Translations under genes and position numbers: made by a program
Shown here: piece after piece, positions 27,750 through 41,411 of the stretch
How the letters are laid out: the number at the start of each line of letters is the position of its first letter
How positions within the stretch are numbered: position 1 is the stretch's first letter
Notes under the pieces: model-generated
The model's database searches: none
The model's input: the letters and a program-made list of their open reading frames with translations, nothing else
Told to the model about the DNA's origin: nothing
Assembly: GCA_964247055.1 (NCBI GenBank)
Contig: OZ176059.1
Coordinates: 2,356,001-2,420,000 of the forward strand
Source: Paragordius varius
Taxonomy: Eukaryota; Animalia; Nematomorpha
Direction of reading: 5' to 3'
Length of the DNA: 64,000 nt

Positions 27750-28330
27750 ATTTAATTATCGCATTATGCACAGGAAAGGCAAATAATCCTAACAAGTCCC
27801 AAAAGTCTTACCACCAATACCAAACCAAACAACCAGGTAATCTCATAAAATAGAGATGTAGTTTTGAAAATATGGAGTTATATACTTATTTTTATTTAAC
27901 ATTCTCGAATTTCTCCATCGTTAATGAAGCTGTGGTTGACATTTGGCACGCCATATTTAGTTTTAATAATCTTTTAAATCCCTATATATTGTCTCCATTA
28001 TTCCCTTCTTTTGCAAAAAAGAACTTCCTTGCAGTTAACAAGTTTGCTATCCCTGACATATCCAAATTTCCGCATATCTTTATGCCTTATGGATCCAAAT
28101 ATCTTTGATTCATTCTACATATCCTGCATCTTCTTCATACACATTCTTCAGTTATCTCAGTTGGTAGTCTTGATAGTGAATCTGCTAGATTTTCGGTTCC
28201 TGATATTAAATTATCTTCAGGTTTGTTATATGCTTGCCTCTGTTAATTTATCTTCGTTATATGTTTGCCTCTTTCACTTTGCTACTAGATGAGTATTACC
28301 ATGATTTTCTATATAATTGCGGTTTCCCTT
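27750..28330 (-). mobile_element. Degenerate Ty3/gypsy pol relic (RNase H end region)
   Basis: GTENLADSLSRLP (28200..28162) matches the G..N..AD.LSRLP motif; surrounding frames contain stops and shifts. Confidence 0.45.
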
Positions 28331-29062
28331 TCATTCATTTCTTGTATGCATAATCTAACTTTAAAATTAAAAGAACAGAGAATACAATCTCTATGGAAAA
28401 ATTACTGAATGTATTTGATAGAAAAATGTTATTGAGCCACTTACAAGTCATTTAATAATATTTTAATATTGTAATTGCAGTTGCTCAATATCTAGTCACA
28501 TAATAAGCACACATTAGGCTAACAATATTTTTGAAGATATATTCTGTCTAAAATGTTTTATTAAGCTATGACATAAGATGCAAAAAAATAACTTTATTTA
28601 ATGTTATTTATGTGCGAAAGTCTTATTTTTGGATTCCGCAAAAATTGATTTATTTCTAAAAATGAACGCAAATGGAGTTGAAATGAAAGAAAAAGTTAAT
28701 GTATGTGAGATTATGACATCAAATATTGTTGTTTAATTAAATTTAAATTTTGGCAGGTTTATGTGGAACTTTATTATATGGTTTTTGGAAAAGTATGATG
28801 GAAACGTATAATAAACATCTTAAGTTATTGGATTCACTTTTTCAACATAATATAATGTGCTGAAGATTTCTATAACCTCAGATAAATTTATATTGTTTTT
28901 TTGGAGCGTCTATAACTTTTACCAATAATTTATTTAACTCAATGTGTGCTAATTTTGCGAATATTCAATTTGGCGCACAATATAAGTAAATATATATCTT
29001 TATTAACTTTTAAGGTCCAATACCAAAAGAGAACCTAATACAATATTTTATAATATATAATA

Positions 29063-31149
29063 TACTAGCGTAAATCTCGTGTGCTACGAAGGCTCGAGGA
29101 AGTTCTTTGCACTTCTGAGGGGGGGAGGGGGGCTATTAGAAAAAAGGGACAATAAAATGATCCATATAGGTGGATTATTTTGAAACATTATTTAATAGCT
29201 CTGCTCTGCATTCATACTAATACATTGTTTAGTGGTGCAAAGGCCCCGAATTGACGGCTAACAGGAAAAACCGCTATACTGTAATTTTTATCTTTTTATG
29301 GGTAATATTTAAAGCCTTGATTGAACTCGTATGGCTTCTTAGTTTTTTAAATTAGCTCCAAAACCACGCCATTTTTGTATGGCGTCTCAGTTATAAACCG
29401 GTAGACCCCTACCCATGGCCTATATGGAAAAGCCCTAACTTAAATTTTTTGCCTTTATAGGGATAATATTTGGAATCATCTTTAAGACCATCGTCTCATG
29501 GGTTATTCAAAAAATTACCACAACACTAAATAATCTTTATATGATGGCGTAAGGCCTCAAATTAACGGCTAATATAAAGAGTGCTGACCTTATACTTAGT
29601 TACGGGTAATTTTTTCAACTTTAAATGAGCTCATATGGCATAGGTTTTAAATAGTTTCAAAACAACGTAATTTTTATATAGTAGCACAGTTTTTGGCGAG
29701 TAGCTTCTTACCCAGAAGCAGGTATAAAAACGTCGGCCAAATATAGGTACGCAGTTTATGCGGGTAGCCCCCTAACCAGGGGCGAAACCAAAAAACGCTC
29801 GATTAAAATTTTGGCCCTAATTCGGGTAATACCTGGAATTATCATCGTTTCCATATGCTCTCGCGGGATTTTCGAAAAACCTTAAAACCAAAAAGTCATT
29901 TTATGGTGCAGGGCAAGGGCCAAAAGAGGTAATTTAATAGAACCTCTCTACCTAAATTTTGTCTTTTTACGGTAATATTAGCCCTTATTGAACTCATGGC
30001 CTGATAAGTTTTCTATAATTTGTCTCCAAAGTCACGCTGTATCGATATGGTGGCGCAGTTGTAGGCGGGTAGCCCCCTACCCAGAAGCCAATATAAAAAA
30101 GGCGTTCGATAAAATATTTTTGCCCCTCTAGGGTACCTGGAATCATCATTCATTCCATATGTTCTTAAGAGTTTTTGGAAGAATGGCTTCTAAACTAAAT
30201 AGTTCAATGATAGCGCATTTTTTAGGGCGCAAAGGGCCTAATTAACGATTTAATTACCGCTTGACTTAAATTGCCTTTTTACGGGTAATATTTCGGGCCT
30301 TTATAAAAACTTATATGGCCTCATAAGTTTTCTGAATATAACTCCTACAAAAGGCCGATATGGTGGGGCAGTTTTAGGCGGGTAGCTCCCTAGGCAGAAG
30401 CGTATACAAAAACGCTTGATTTAAATTTTTGTCTTTTTACGGAGAATACCTGGAATCGTGATTGATTCTGCCCTCATTAGCTTTTGGAAAAATTGCCTCA
30501 AAACTAAAAAATCATTCTATGATGGCGCATCTTTCAGGGCTTAAAGGGCCTAATTAACGGCTTTTAAAAAAATCCGCTCGACTTAAATTTTTTACTTTTA
30601 CGGGTAATATTTTAAGCACGATATGGCCTGATAGGTTTTTTGCAATTTAGCCCCAAAAGCACGCTATTTCGATATGATGGGTCAGTTTTTAGAGGGTATC
30701 TCCTTACCCAGCAGCTATCACCAAAGAAACGCTTGACTAAATTCTTTGCCTTGTAACAGGGAATACCTGGAACCATTGATATTTTACGGTCTCATACTTT
30801 GGGCGAAAATAGATTCAAAAAAAATTTTTTTTGGACATTTTTTTTTAAAAAAGTGGAAATTTACGGAGGTGGCGGGTAAAAAGAGAGCCTAAATTTAAAA
30901 ATCGAGCCGACCATGTTCGGCGCAATCAAAAATTTTAAAAAATTATATCTGAAATCGAATGGTCCAACCGTTTTCCGGAAAATTGTCTCAAAGACACAAT
31001 TGTGGACTTGTGTTTTCAACTGTTTTTTAAATGGTGTAGGCCCGAACTGGGGGCCTAATTCAAAAAAAAGTGCGAAGTTATTGTCGGGGCATTCATTAAT
31101 GATTATATTTTTTTGACATTTGGATTGAATGGGTCCGGTTTTCCGGAAA
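29063..31149 (+). mobile_element. Non-autonomous Helitron/Helentron-like element with internal ~312-bp tandem array (about 5 units), 3' truncated
   Basis: Begins actagcgtaaatctcgtg. Unit starts lie near 29239, 29550, 29915, 30231 and 30543. The 3' module carries ttttccggaaaa palindromes shared with copies 2 and 3. Confidence 0.65.
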
Positions 31150-31151
31150 CA

Positions 31152-31260
31152 ATTCCTTCCACGTTTCCTAGCCCCTTCAACTGGGCCTAATAACATGGTC
31201 GCTTTTTTTAAGTTATCGGCTCTCATCACAAGACCGATAAATCTTAGTTGCAAGGTACGA
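31152..31260 (-). mobile_element. LINE (RTE-like) ORF C-terminal relic
   Basis: QLRFIGLVMRADNLKKATMLLGPVEGARKRGR resembles the QLRF.GH.MR...L....L.G..EG.R.RGR tail of RTE-type reverse transcriptases. Confidence 0.6.
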
Positions 31261-31337
31261 ATTTTAGTAGGTTCTGTTGGGGTCTAATATATATTCTAAT
31301 ATTTTATCATTTGTTATGTTCCCATTTATATTACATT

Positions 31338-33133
31338 ACTAGCGTAAATCTCGTGCTGCTATGCAGCTAGAGGAACTCCTTCGGACGGGGGGCTATTTGA
31401 AATAAGGGACAAAAAAATGCTCCATATATGGGGATTATTTAGAAACATTATTCAATAGCTATAATCCCATAGGATTCTCAAAACAGTGCATTCATATAAT
31501 ATATTGTTTAGTGGTGTAAAGGCCCCAAATTGACGGATAACGGAAAAAACCGCCATACCATGATTTTTACCTTTTTTTGGGTAATATTTAAGCCTTTATT
31601 GAACTCGTTTGGCTTCTTAAGTTTTTTGAAAATTAGCTCCAAAGCCGACATTTTCGTATGGCGTCTCAGTTTTAAACAGGTAGACTCCTATCCATAGGCC
31701 TATAAGGAAAAAGCGCTAAGTTAAATTTTTTGCCTTTATAGGGAAAATATTTGGCATCTTTGAGACCATCGTCTCATGAGTTATTCGAAAAAATACCTCA
31801 ACACTAAATAATCGTTATATGATGGCGTATTTTAAGGGCATAAAAGCCCCAAATTAACGGCAAATAAAAAAGGCCTGACCTTAATTTTTATCTTACTGGT
31901 AATATTTCGAACTTTATATGAGCTCACATGGCCTAAGTTTTCTTTAAATTACTTCCAAAACAACGCAATATCTATATAGTGGCGCAGCTTTTGGCCGGTA
32001 GCTTCTTACCTAGAAGCCGATATAAAAAAGCGTCGGGCTAAATTTTTGTCTTTATATAGGGAATATCTGGAATTATAATGTCCATATGTTCCTATAAGTT
32101 CTTGGAAATATTGCTTCAAAACTAAAAAATTGTTCTATGGCGGCGAATTTTTCTGGGCGTATAACCTTTCTTAGCGACTTATTGAAATAACCCCCTATAC
32201 TAAAATATTTGTTTTTTAAAGGGTAATAAATATTTTAGGCTTGTATTGAATTCACATAGTATCATTGGTTTTCTGAAATTTGGCTCCAAAGGCATGCTGT
32301 ATCGATATGGTGGTGCAGTTGTAGGCGGGTAACCCCCTACCCAGAGGCCTATATAAAAAAGACGTTCGATAATATTTTTTGCCTTTATATGGGAATACCT
32401 GGAATCATCATTCATATATCCTTAATAGTTTTTAAAAGAATGGTTTCCTAACTAAATAGTAATTTAATGATAGCATATTTTTCAGGGTGTAAAGAACCTA
32501 ATTAATGGCTAATTAAAAAAACCGCACGACCTAATTGTTACGGGGAATATTTTTGGCCGCTATTGACTCATATGATAGGTTTTGAAATTTAGCCCCAAAG
32601 GCACGCTATTTCGATATGACGGGTCAGTTTTTAGCGAATATATCCTTACCCAGAAGCTATCATCAAATAAACTCTAGACTAAAATTTTTGCCTTTTAACG
32701 GGGAATACCTGAAACCCTTATTGAATTTTTACGGTCTCCTAATTTGTGCCAAAAATAGATTCAAAAAATTATTTTTGTGGTCTTAATTTTTTTAAAAAAA
32801 GTGGCATTTTACGGGGGGACCGGGTAAAAAGAGGGCCTAAATTAAAAATGCGAGCCGACTATGTTCGGCGCAATCAAAAATAACTAAACAAAAATTATAT
32901 TTGAAATGGAATGATCCAACACGTTCTCCGGAAAATTGTCTCAAAGACACGATTGTTTTCAAAAAAACGCGTTTTTTACACGAGGTGGGCCCGAACTGGG
33001 GGCCTATTTCAAAAAAGGCGAAGCTATTGTCGGGGCATTCATTAATGATTATATTTTTTCATATTTTGATTTAAATAGGTCTACCGGTTTTCCGGAAATA
33101 GATCACAAAGCCACCTATTTCCATTTTTATAAA
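31338..33133 (+). mobile_element. Second copy of the Helitron-like element (about 4 internal units)
   Basis: Same actagcgtaaatctcgtg start, array and 3' module ending ...cacaaagccacctatttccatttttata. Confidence 0.65.
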
Positions 33134-35056
33134 TTAAGCCGACCTCAATTTTGTAGATTTTACCATTAATTTTTCAGATATTGCCAAAATTATATTAGTG
33201 TTTTGAACACATTATTTTTAGTCATTATAATTGTAATATGTGTTTTATAGCGCCAGTTAAATTATTATCAACAACTTTCACAAATTATATATGAATGTAT
33301 AATAAAATATAGTATAATATAATATAACCTAATAAGATAATTCCATAGTTTTTTCCTTAAATAATTCCTTTCAACACATTTTTATAGTTATAGAGTTATA
33401 ACGTAAAATATGACCTATATCTGATATAAATATATATATATATATATAATATATGTATATGTAGATTAAAACTGTAAGAAAATTTTATACTCAGAGTACG
33501 TACTACAATATACCTGGTACTAATTAATTTTCTAATTTAATTTTTAAAAAATTATATTTATTTAAAAGATTTTTAATCAATTATGAAAAAAAATTGCTTT
33601 ACCCTTCAGAATATTTTTTGGAGGGGTCTTTATCCCTTTACTAATTAAATATTTAGGTTTGAAGGCAGAAAATTTTATAATTTTAAGTCCCCCTCCTAAG
33701 TTAATTATTATTTTTAGATCTGCAATATTAATTTTATAATATCTTTAGAGTTAAAAACTTACAACATATTTTTTGTTAAATAAAATATTTTTTGGACTAA
33801 ACCAAGTATTGTATAATTTTACAATTATTCAAATTGTTTGAATACTAAAGCAGGTACAATTATAGATGTATTGTTTTTTAAAAAATAATGAAAACGAAAC
33901 ATTAAAATCAATTTGAATCTTATAATTTAATTATAAAATGAAAAAAAACAGAAAAATAATTTAATTGTATACTAAAGTGAAAGTTTTATAGATAACTGCA
34001 TTCTATTTTACATATATATAATACATAAATGATTTTAAAAAGGGAAAATAGGTAAAACAGTAGCGTATAGTATAAAACACCTCAGTTATCCAAATTAAAT
34101 AACGAAAAAGAGTTAATTTATAGGTAAAATTAGGTTTATTTTAAGCAATTTGTTGTATTTTACCATACGTTACTGTAATACTATATAATTATATGGAACG
34201 ACATCTAATATATGTATGTCACAAAATCTCATTCAATTTTTACCTTTTGCTGCATTAAAACAAGAAAGAACTCATATATATATATATATACAATTAAAAA
34301 TAATTTGATATATTAATATTATACTAACAGTATATATATATAAATCAAGCAAATAATCAGGTAGGTATATGAATTTACCATAAAACATTAAAAAAGCTTG
34401 GAAGATTTGATTGAACTTGATTTTCCATATAATATCAATTAAATATTATCTTATTATTCTCTCGACATGAGTTTATTCGATTTTTTAGCGTAAAAATAAA
34501 CTTTCGTTTTTATTTTCATTTTCGTTTTCATTCAAACCAATAAAATTTAATTTTACTTTCGTAAAAAACATATCCTGATTTTTTATATGCGCTGCATCGT
34601 CTCTCCTATTTTTGTCACCTAACAGGTAAAAAAAACTGCCAAAAAATTTAAAGTATCACAAGTTATTTTTAATGATGAAACCTTTAATAGTATTATCTCC
34701 AATTCCTAGTTTTTATTTAAACAGTTTTCAAGACCAACAAACACTGTATTAATATTCCGAACTTCACTTACAACTAATTATATTCCAAGGGGATATGAAG
34801 GAATACCGAAAACAAAATATCTGATACTCAATATCAGGTATAATATTTAACTTTTTGAGTTCGATATTGCTCGCTATTACTTAAAGGTAAATTTAATATT
34901 TGTTATAAATTATTAATGTAAAACTTGGTGGGTATTATGGTTTATGGTTATATTATCATTAGCTAGGAATTGTAGATTAGTTTTTTGGGTAATATAAAAT
35001 TTTGGTTTTAGAAACATATTTTTTATTTAATTTAAATCAATACTAAAATATATATA

Positions 35057-35378
35057 CCATTTAAAATCGAAATTCAACCTTGAACAATCAAAATTCATTC
35101 TTGTACAATTTAAATTCACCCTCGAGCAATCAAAATTCACCCTTGAACAATTCAAATTCACCCTAAAACTAATTTATGTGTTTTCGGGCTAATATAACTC
35201 ATCATTTATAATTAATATATTTTTATGGCATAGATTATTAGTTTTTCAGTATTATATTATAACCAAAATTTTATTTTTTAAAAATATAAAAATAATACAT
35301 AACAAATTTTAATATTAAAAAACAATTTATTTTAGGGTAAATTTGAATCGTTCAAAGGAGAATTTAAACTGTAAACGG
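35057..35378. mobile_element. MITE family A
   Basis: Five 21-bp units on the left, inverted units on the right, TATA flanks. Confidence 0.8.
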
Positions 35379-37699
35379 TATATATAGTTAGTCTTTTTTG
35401 GAGTCATGGTTTTATTATTTTTTCGAATAGAAAATTATGATTGGATTCTAAATTAATAAAATATCAAAAATTAAAAAACGTACAGCCGATTCTATATATT
35501 TTGGGCACTCATTCTACAAGCGCTTAATAATTAAAAATTAAAAAAAAATCAATTAATGAGTTATAAATTTTTTCCACCCAATTTGGGCAGGTCAAAATTA
35601 TCGCAAATGCTCAATTTAAAATGAAATTATAAATTTCTTAAACTATTACCATATATTTGTTGTAGTAATTCTATAAAAAATTATATTTGTTTAAGTTGTA
35701 TGGCTGTTTTAACCAGAATCACATATGTTAGCAATTATATTTTTTGTAATGTTTGATTTAAAAGGTATCCATAACAGTTTCGAACACGCTGTATCAATAA
35801 TTTAATTTAGTTTATCTGACCATCTCAAACCATTTTACTAAGGTTTATTGTATATTGTATTAGACATTTATTGTGTGAACTGCCTTTTATTATTCAATTC
35901 CAAGATTCTTAAATGGTTTATGGTTAACTAACTGATTTTATATATAAGGAGAGCTTTGGAGCTATAAAATAATTATAACAAATACCAAATCCTTACAGTT
36001 AAAATTTAGAGTACTACTTGTTAATAGCCCTATCTTTTTTATGGCCGTGCCCATCTTTTTTTTCAACCGCGCATAGCATTTAATTATAAAAAAACGATAT
36101 CGAATTTTAATAAATCGATGAAATATATTGAAATATTCTAAAATTTTTTATTAAATATGATGTAAAGAATACGCATAGATATCCCTATAAAAAAATATAT
36201 TTAAAAATTGTATACTTTGCTCCATTGCAGAAATACGCAAAATTAGCGCATCTATCAAATAATTTTTTTAGCTAAAGACTTTAATTTAAATACCTATATA
36301 TGAAGCAAAACAACATTTATATAAATTTTTTGGATGTGGGTTTCGAAAGCAAATGTCCGAACTACATCAAAATAAAGTTTTCTTAAATAAACGCAGAATA
36401 GCCAATAATTCGCGATAAAATTTATATTATAAGTTATGACAAACTAGGTTTATTTATGAAAAATACATAATTTTGCTATTAAATGTTAGCAATATATGTT
36501 GAAGCGCTTTTTATGGTATTTTCAAGCAGATTGGGAATGGTATAAAACATAAGCATTTTATATAATTTGATGATGCTGAAAATTTTTATCAACTCAGGTT
36601 TTGATTCAAAGATTCGCTTGACAGGGGAACATTTAAAATACTTTAATTAAGATTATCTATCTCAGAGATGTAGCTTGCTTTTCTGGCTGGCGATTACGCC
36701 TTACATCCCCTTGCATTTTAAATTCAAACCGTGAGCGGGAGGAAATCCCGTTGTTGGGCACAGGTGTTGTTAAATTATTATTATTATCTGAAGGTGTTGT
36801 TGTCGGATTTTACAATTTTATAAAAATATTGGGTCACCTTTGTTGGTCAGTAAAGTGGAATTGGTATTATAATTACATTATGCTATGATTGCAACATTTT
36901 ATAATTTTTGTGCGGTATAATTTTCTTTGAATTTACGTTTTTTATTTTGAGAACCGCTAAGTTTAGGCATTCCTGATAATAATAATTTAAATAAAATAAT
37001 TAATTTTTTTATCTGAACTATTATCCTATCCTATCCTTCAAGATTATTTTACAGAGCGAACGATTGGTTGGAATAAAACTTAAAAATGTTAAATTTTTAA
37101 GTAAAAAAAGAGGAATTTCAACCAAAACCGTTTTAGGGTCCGGTTCCAAGTCAGTTTTTTCTGATTTCGGTCTCCGTTATATTTTTTAATGAAGAACTAA
37201 TTCCAAAACGGTTTCCCTATATTTTGATAAAAATCTTAATTGTTATTTTTTGAGACAACAGATAAACAAATTGGACGTTATAATGGTCATGAAAACAAAC
37301 AATATAATTGTTAAACGGTTTAAACGTTACTCTAGTTCACTTTGCAATATTGATCTATAAATATATTTAATGGCAATATGCTACTATATAAATACTTGAA
37401 ATAGGTATCGTAAAAATCTATAATCATAATTTGATGCCAATCTAATGGATAATGAATAATAAAAAAAGAAATATTTTAAATTCAGGACGAAAAGAGTAAA
37501 TTTTTAAATGAGCAGGAAAAAATGGTTATAAGGGAAACAAAAAAGGAAGAAAAGGCGGCATAATGTATGTAGATGGTAAACCAGCCTAAATTGGGAAAAA
37601 ATAATTAATATTTATTTTGGAATTTGCTCTCTCTTAAATCCTGACAATAATAATTTTAACATAATGGGTGGCATTGAGCAAAAATATTTTTGAAAGATA

Positions 37700-37860
37700 T
37701 AATAATGATCTTATCCTTACATCTGACACTTTGGTGATTTAAAGCAAATTGAAGGTAGATATAAAAATGATATGAACAGGCTGAGGTTAAGAAAGGTAGG
37801 CGCTTGAAGATAAAGTGGAGAGATATACTAAATAGGATATGAAACATTTGGTTATATTTT
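37700..37860 (+). mobile_element. Degenerate LINE 3' relic
   Basis: GRRLKIKWRDILNR followed, after a frameshift, by DMKHLVI; resembles the RGRP..RW.D....DM..LG motif. Confidence 0.4.
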
Positions 37861-40800
37861 TGACCAAATGAGAATTTTGATCAAGATTGAAGGTGAACAC
37901 TCAAAATGGGTGATTTTTATATGCATTTATTAAATTATAACTTTTAAATTACAATCCGACCCTTTCAACTATGGCGCCCGGTGCATCAGCCCCCTTCTCC
38001 CATCTACACCACTGACCTATCCTCCTTAATCTTTTTCATTTGCATTTTAGCCTGTTCTTGAGAGTTGTATATCGTAGTTTATTAAGTGTCTTGTAAATCT
38101 TTCTTTTGCTTTTATGGTTAATATGTTTGTGGTACAAAACATACACGTTAACAAATTATTATTATTATATAATAATTTATAAATGGGATATTAATATCAT
38201 TAGCAGATGATAAAAAGTAATTTATTTAAATTGGTTTTAGACCGTTTTAAGCAAGTTCAAAATTACCTTAAAAACCGTTACACCTTGTATTTAAGTTAAT
38301 TTAAATATATATATATATATATATATAAATATATATGCATTTAAAAATTTATGCAATCTCCGCCGCTTGAATTAAGAACACCCAATAAGGGGTAAAAGCG
38401 TGAAGCTCCTGGAGAATATAATTTAAAATTAGTCAAAATTTTTTATAATATAACAAAATGTTTTGGAGTTTAAGCCTTTAGCGTCTGGCGACAAATTGAT
38501 TTAAACATGATATGCGCTGATTACAGAATTTTCCATATGGAATAACTACCATAAAAATGCAAACAACTTTTTTAAATGGCTCTCGAATTTTAAATGGAAT
38601 TTTCTTTCATAAAATACTAGTTGTTGGCCACAAAATCAAAAACACCATTAGAATCCTAAAAATAATGATACATTTTTCTAGAATATAATCACCTTATAAA
38701 TTGTGTGCCGTTACAAATTGGAAATTTAAAGTTTGTATTAGTGCTTCCAAAAAATGTTACAAATATAGCTCAATTTAAATCTTTCATATAATCTTTTAAA
38801 ACAATCGAAAATTTAAGTAAATATCTACGGGTAATTGATACAATTACATTAGTACAATATAAACTCAAAATATTCTAAATACACCTAGGATTTTAATTTG
38901 TCAATAAGTCCCTGTAAGATGGCACTTTAATAATTTGAGTAACATAATGCGCAAAACGGGGACCATGAATGCTTAAATATATATATTCTCATATTTGAAT
39001 ATGCTGTTCTTATGATACTTTTAGTTTTTCACCTTGAGTCCTTAAATATATTACGTTTTGTGTTAATTGTTCCAAAAAATCAAAAAATTAGCCCATAATA
39101 TACCAAATAAAATTTTGTGAAGCTAACCAAAAATTATCTAAATATATCAAACTACATTTAAAAAGCAAAGCTATATTTATAAAAAAATTTAACTGATATG
39201 GGATAAATTTTTGGACAACTCTAAGATGAGCTATTTGGTTATAATAAACGAAAAACGCCCATATAAAAAATTTATTATCTGCTTATAACATTATAATTAA
39301 AAAACTATTTTTTTAAATATGCATGCTATTTAATTTTATCCAATATAAATGTATTGAAGTATGTTGGAAACGGATACAACACTTTAACAAATTTACCTTT
39401 TTAATGTAAATTGATGCTGAATTGTATGACCTCAGATTTTTGATTCAAAAGATGTACTTAATAATAAGTCAAACGAATTTTAAACAAAAATTAGATGTGA
39501 TAAATTAGCATTAAATTATACAGAATGTTTTTACAATATCAGAAAGCGTTTTTATACCATTTACCATACTTTAAAATTCCATCCAATACCCTAAAAATTT
39601 TATTTTAAGCTGGAAATTTATTTATACTAAAGACATCGGCATTTCGTTTATTTCACGAAATAGCCCGATCCAATAATCTAAAAATTTTGCAACCTTTATC
39701 TAATACAATATAAATATATTGCCAAAATTTAACTTGATATATCATAATAATCTAATAATTTTGAAATGAAGCATCTGTGTCTTAAACATTTTTTTAGCAT
39801 ATGTATGCTAACTTGGCGATTTACGATATGGAGCAGTTCTCACAAAAGTTTAAATATTTCTTTTAAATAACAAGTAAGGCCTAAAACAAAAGCACAAATA
39901 ATTATGTTTCATTAGTTTTGTCTGCATTGTAAATGGCAAGCTTATTCACTTTAAAACTTAACCATTTTTTGGGGGGTAAATTCTAACAATAATTGATATC
40001 ATTTATTTTTTTGATTGAAACTCTATGTTTTATGAATTTATTATTATCACAATGATTTAAAAATAAATTTCCGCCAACCGTTGCAAATTAATTCTATTAA
40101 ATGCTGGAATTTTTTTTAACTCGATTCAATATAAATTAATATATGATAAACAAAGCAGTACATCATTTTTTTACTTGTGTAATAAATGTTAAATCTTTGC
40201 TAAATAACATCGTAAAATTTATCTTGTATGTGTACTTTAAACATTATTAATCACATCAATATTACAGTTAAAATAATTTTATGGCTACCTAATAAATCTA
40301 AAAACCTCATGTAACTGCTGAATATATCTATTATATTTGTTACAGTTAATTCCTTCGTTATTTAAACAGAATCGATTCACTATATAATATACGACAATTG
40401 TACTTACTATATAGTATGTATGCAAAAAGGTATATTCAGCTTGAAAAATAAAAGTAAAACATATTGTTAGTTATTTTTTCAATAAAAACTGTTTTTGTGT
40501 GTGCTTAAAATCCTATCATCTATTCTATATAATGCGGAAATAAGGTCAAAAGTGGAAACATATATATTTTTTATAACGTTTTTTGTTCAGTTCTCAGTTC
40601 ATGTGAAGATAACTAACTAACTGTTTTTGTTATAGGTTACCGTCATCCTATGTTAAAATATCGTTAATATATATATTTATATTTATTATGAACTATTCAG
40701 TACGACAGAGACAGAACACATTTAGAGCATGACAAAGTAAAATTATATAATTAAAGTTAAACATTATATATGATTTCAGTTCCTACATATTAAATAGTTA

Positions 40801-41177
40801 GTTGTGTGTATTACAATACCTAGGTGAATCAGGAATAATATATAAGGAGATATACTGCAGATTTTTTAAACGGAAAAAAAACTTTTACCTATTTATATAT
40901 TTAAGCGTAATTTATATTAATTTTAAATTTTTTTATTACAAATTAAGTGAAGATAAGCATATTATTTCAGTACAATGGTGTTACCCAAGAAAAAATTCCT
41001 GGCTCGATATAGTTAGTAAAATTTATTTTATATAACATTTATATACATTATAAGTTATAAAATTGAGAATTTGACAGCTTGAATACATTATGTTTGGTAT
41101 ATTATTTGACAAATTGATCTCTTATTAATTATATAGGCATGATGTAGTTGCAAATTTATCTTCTAAACATCCATTTA

Positions 41178-41358
41178 CAGTCATGTATCCTTTATTTTAA
41201 CAAATTTTTTTTTTCGTTAAATGGGTATAAATATTCGGTAAAGAATGGAAAAAACAAGAGCTCACAATTCATATTTTTTTCCATTCTTTACCGAATATTT
41301 ATACCCATTTAACGAAAAAAATAAATAAATTTTTGATAAAATAAAGGATACATGACTG
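41178..41358. mobile_element. 181-bp palindromic Tc1/mariner-like MITE (TA|CAGT...ACTG|TA)
   Basis: Near-perfect ~80-bp arms, short loop and TA target duplication. Confidence 0.85.
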
Positions 41359-41411
41359 TAATATGTTCTCTATATTTTTTAGCCAATGTACGAAATTGTG
41401 GCAAATTAGCT

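Noticed and set aside
30861-31253. 130-aa ORF as a host gene
   Set aside because: It is a chimera of a LINE tail and Helitron-like repeat sequence. ORFs at 30913, 32200, 32936 and 49992-50473 are likewise repeat-derived.
29200-32720. CRISPR-like array
   Set aside because: The units are long and degenerate with no unique spacers, the context is eukaryotic, and there are no cas genes.
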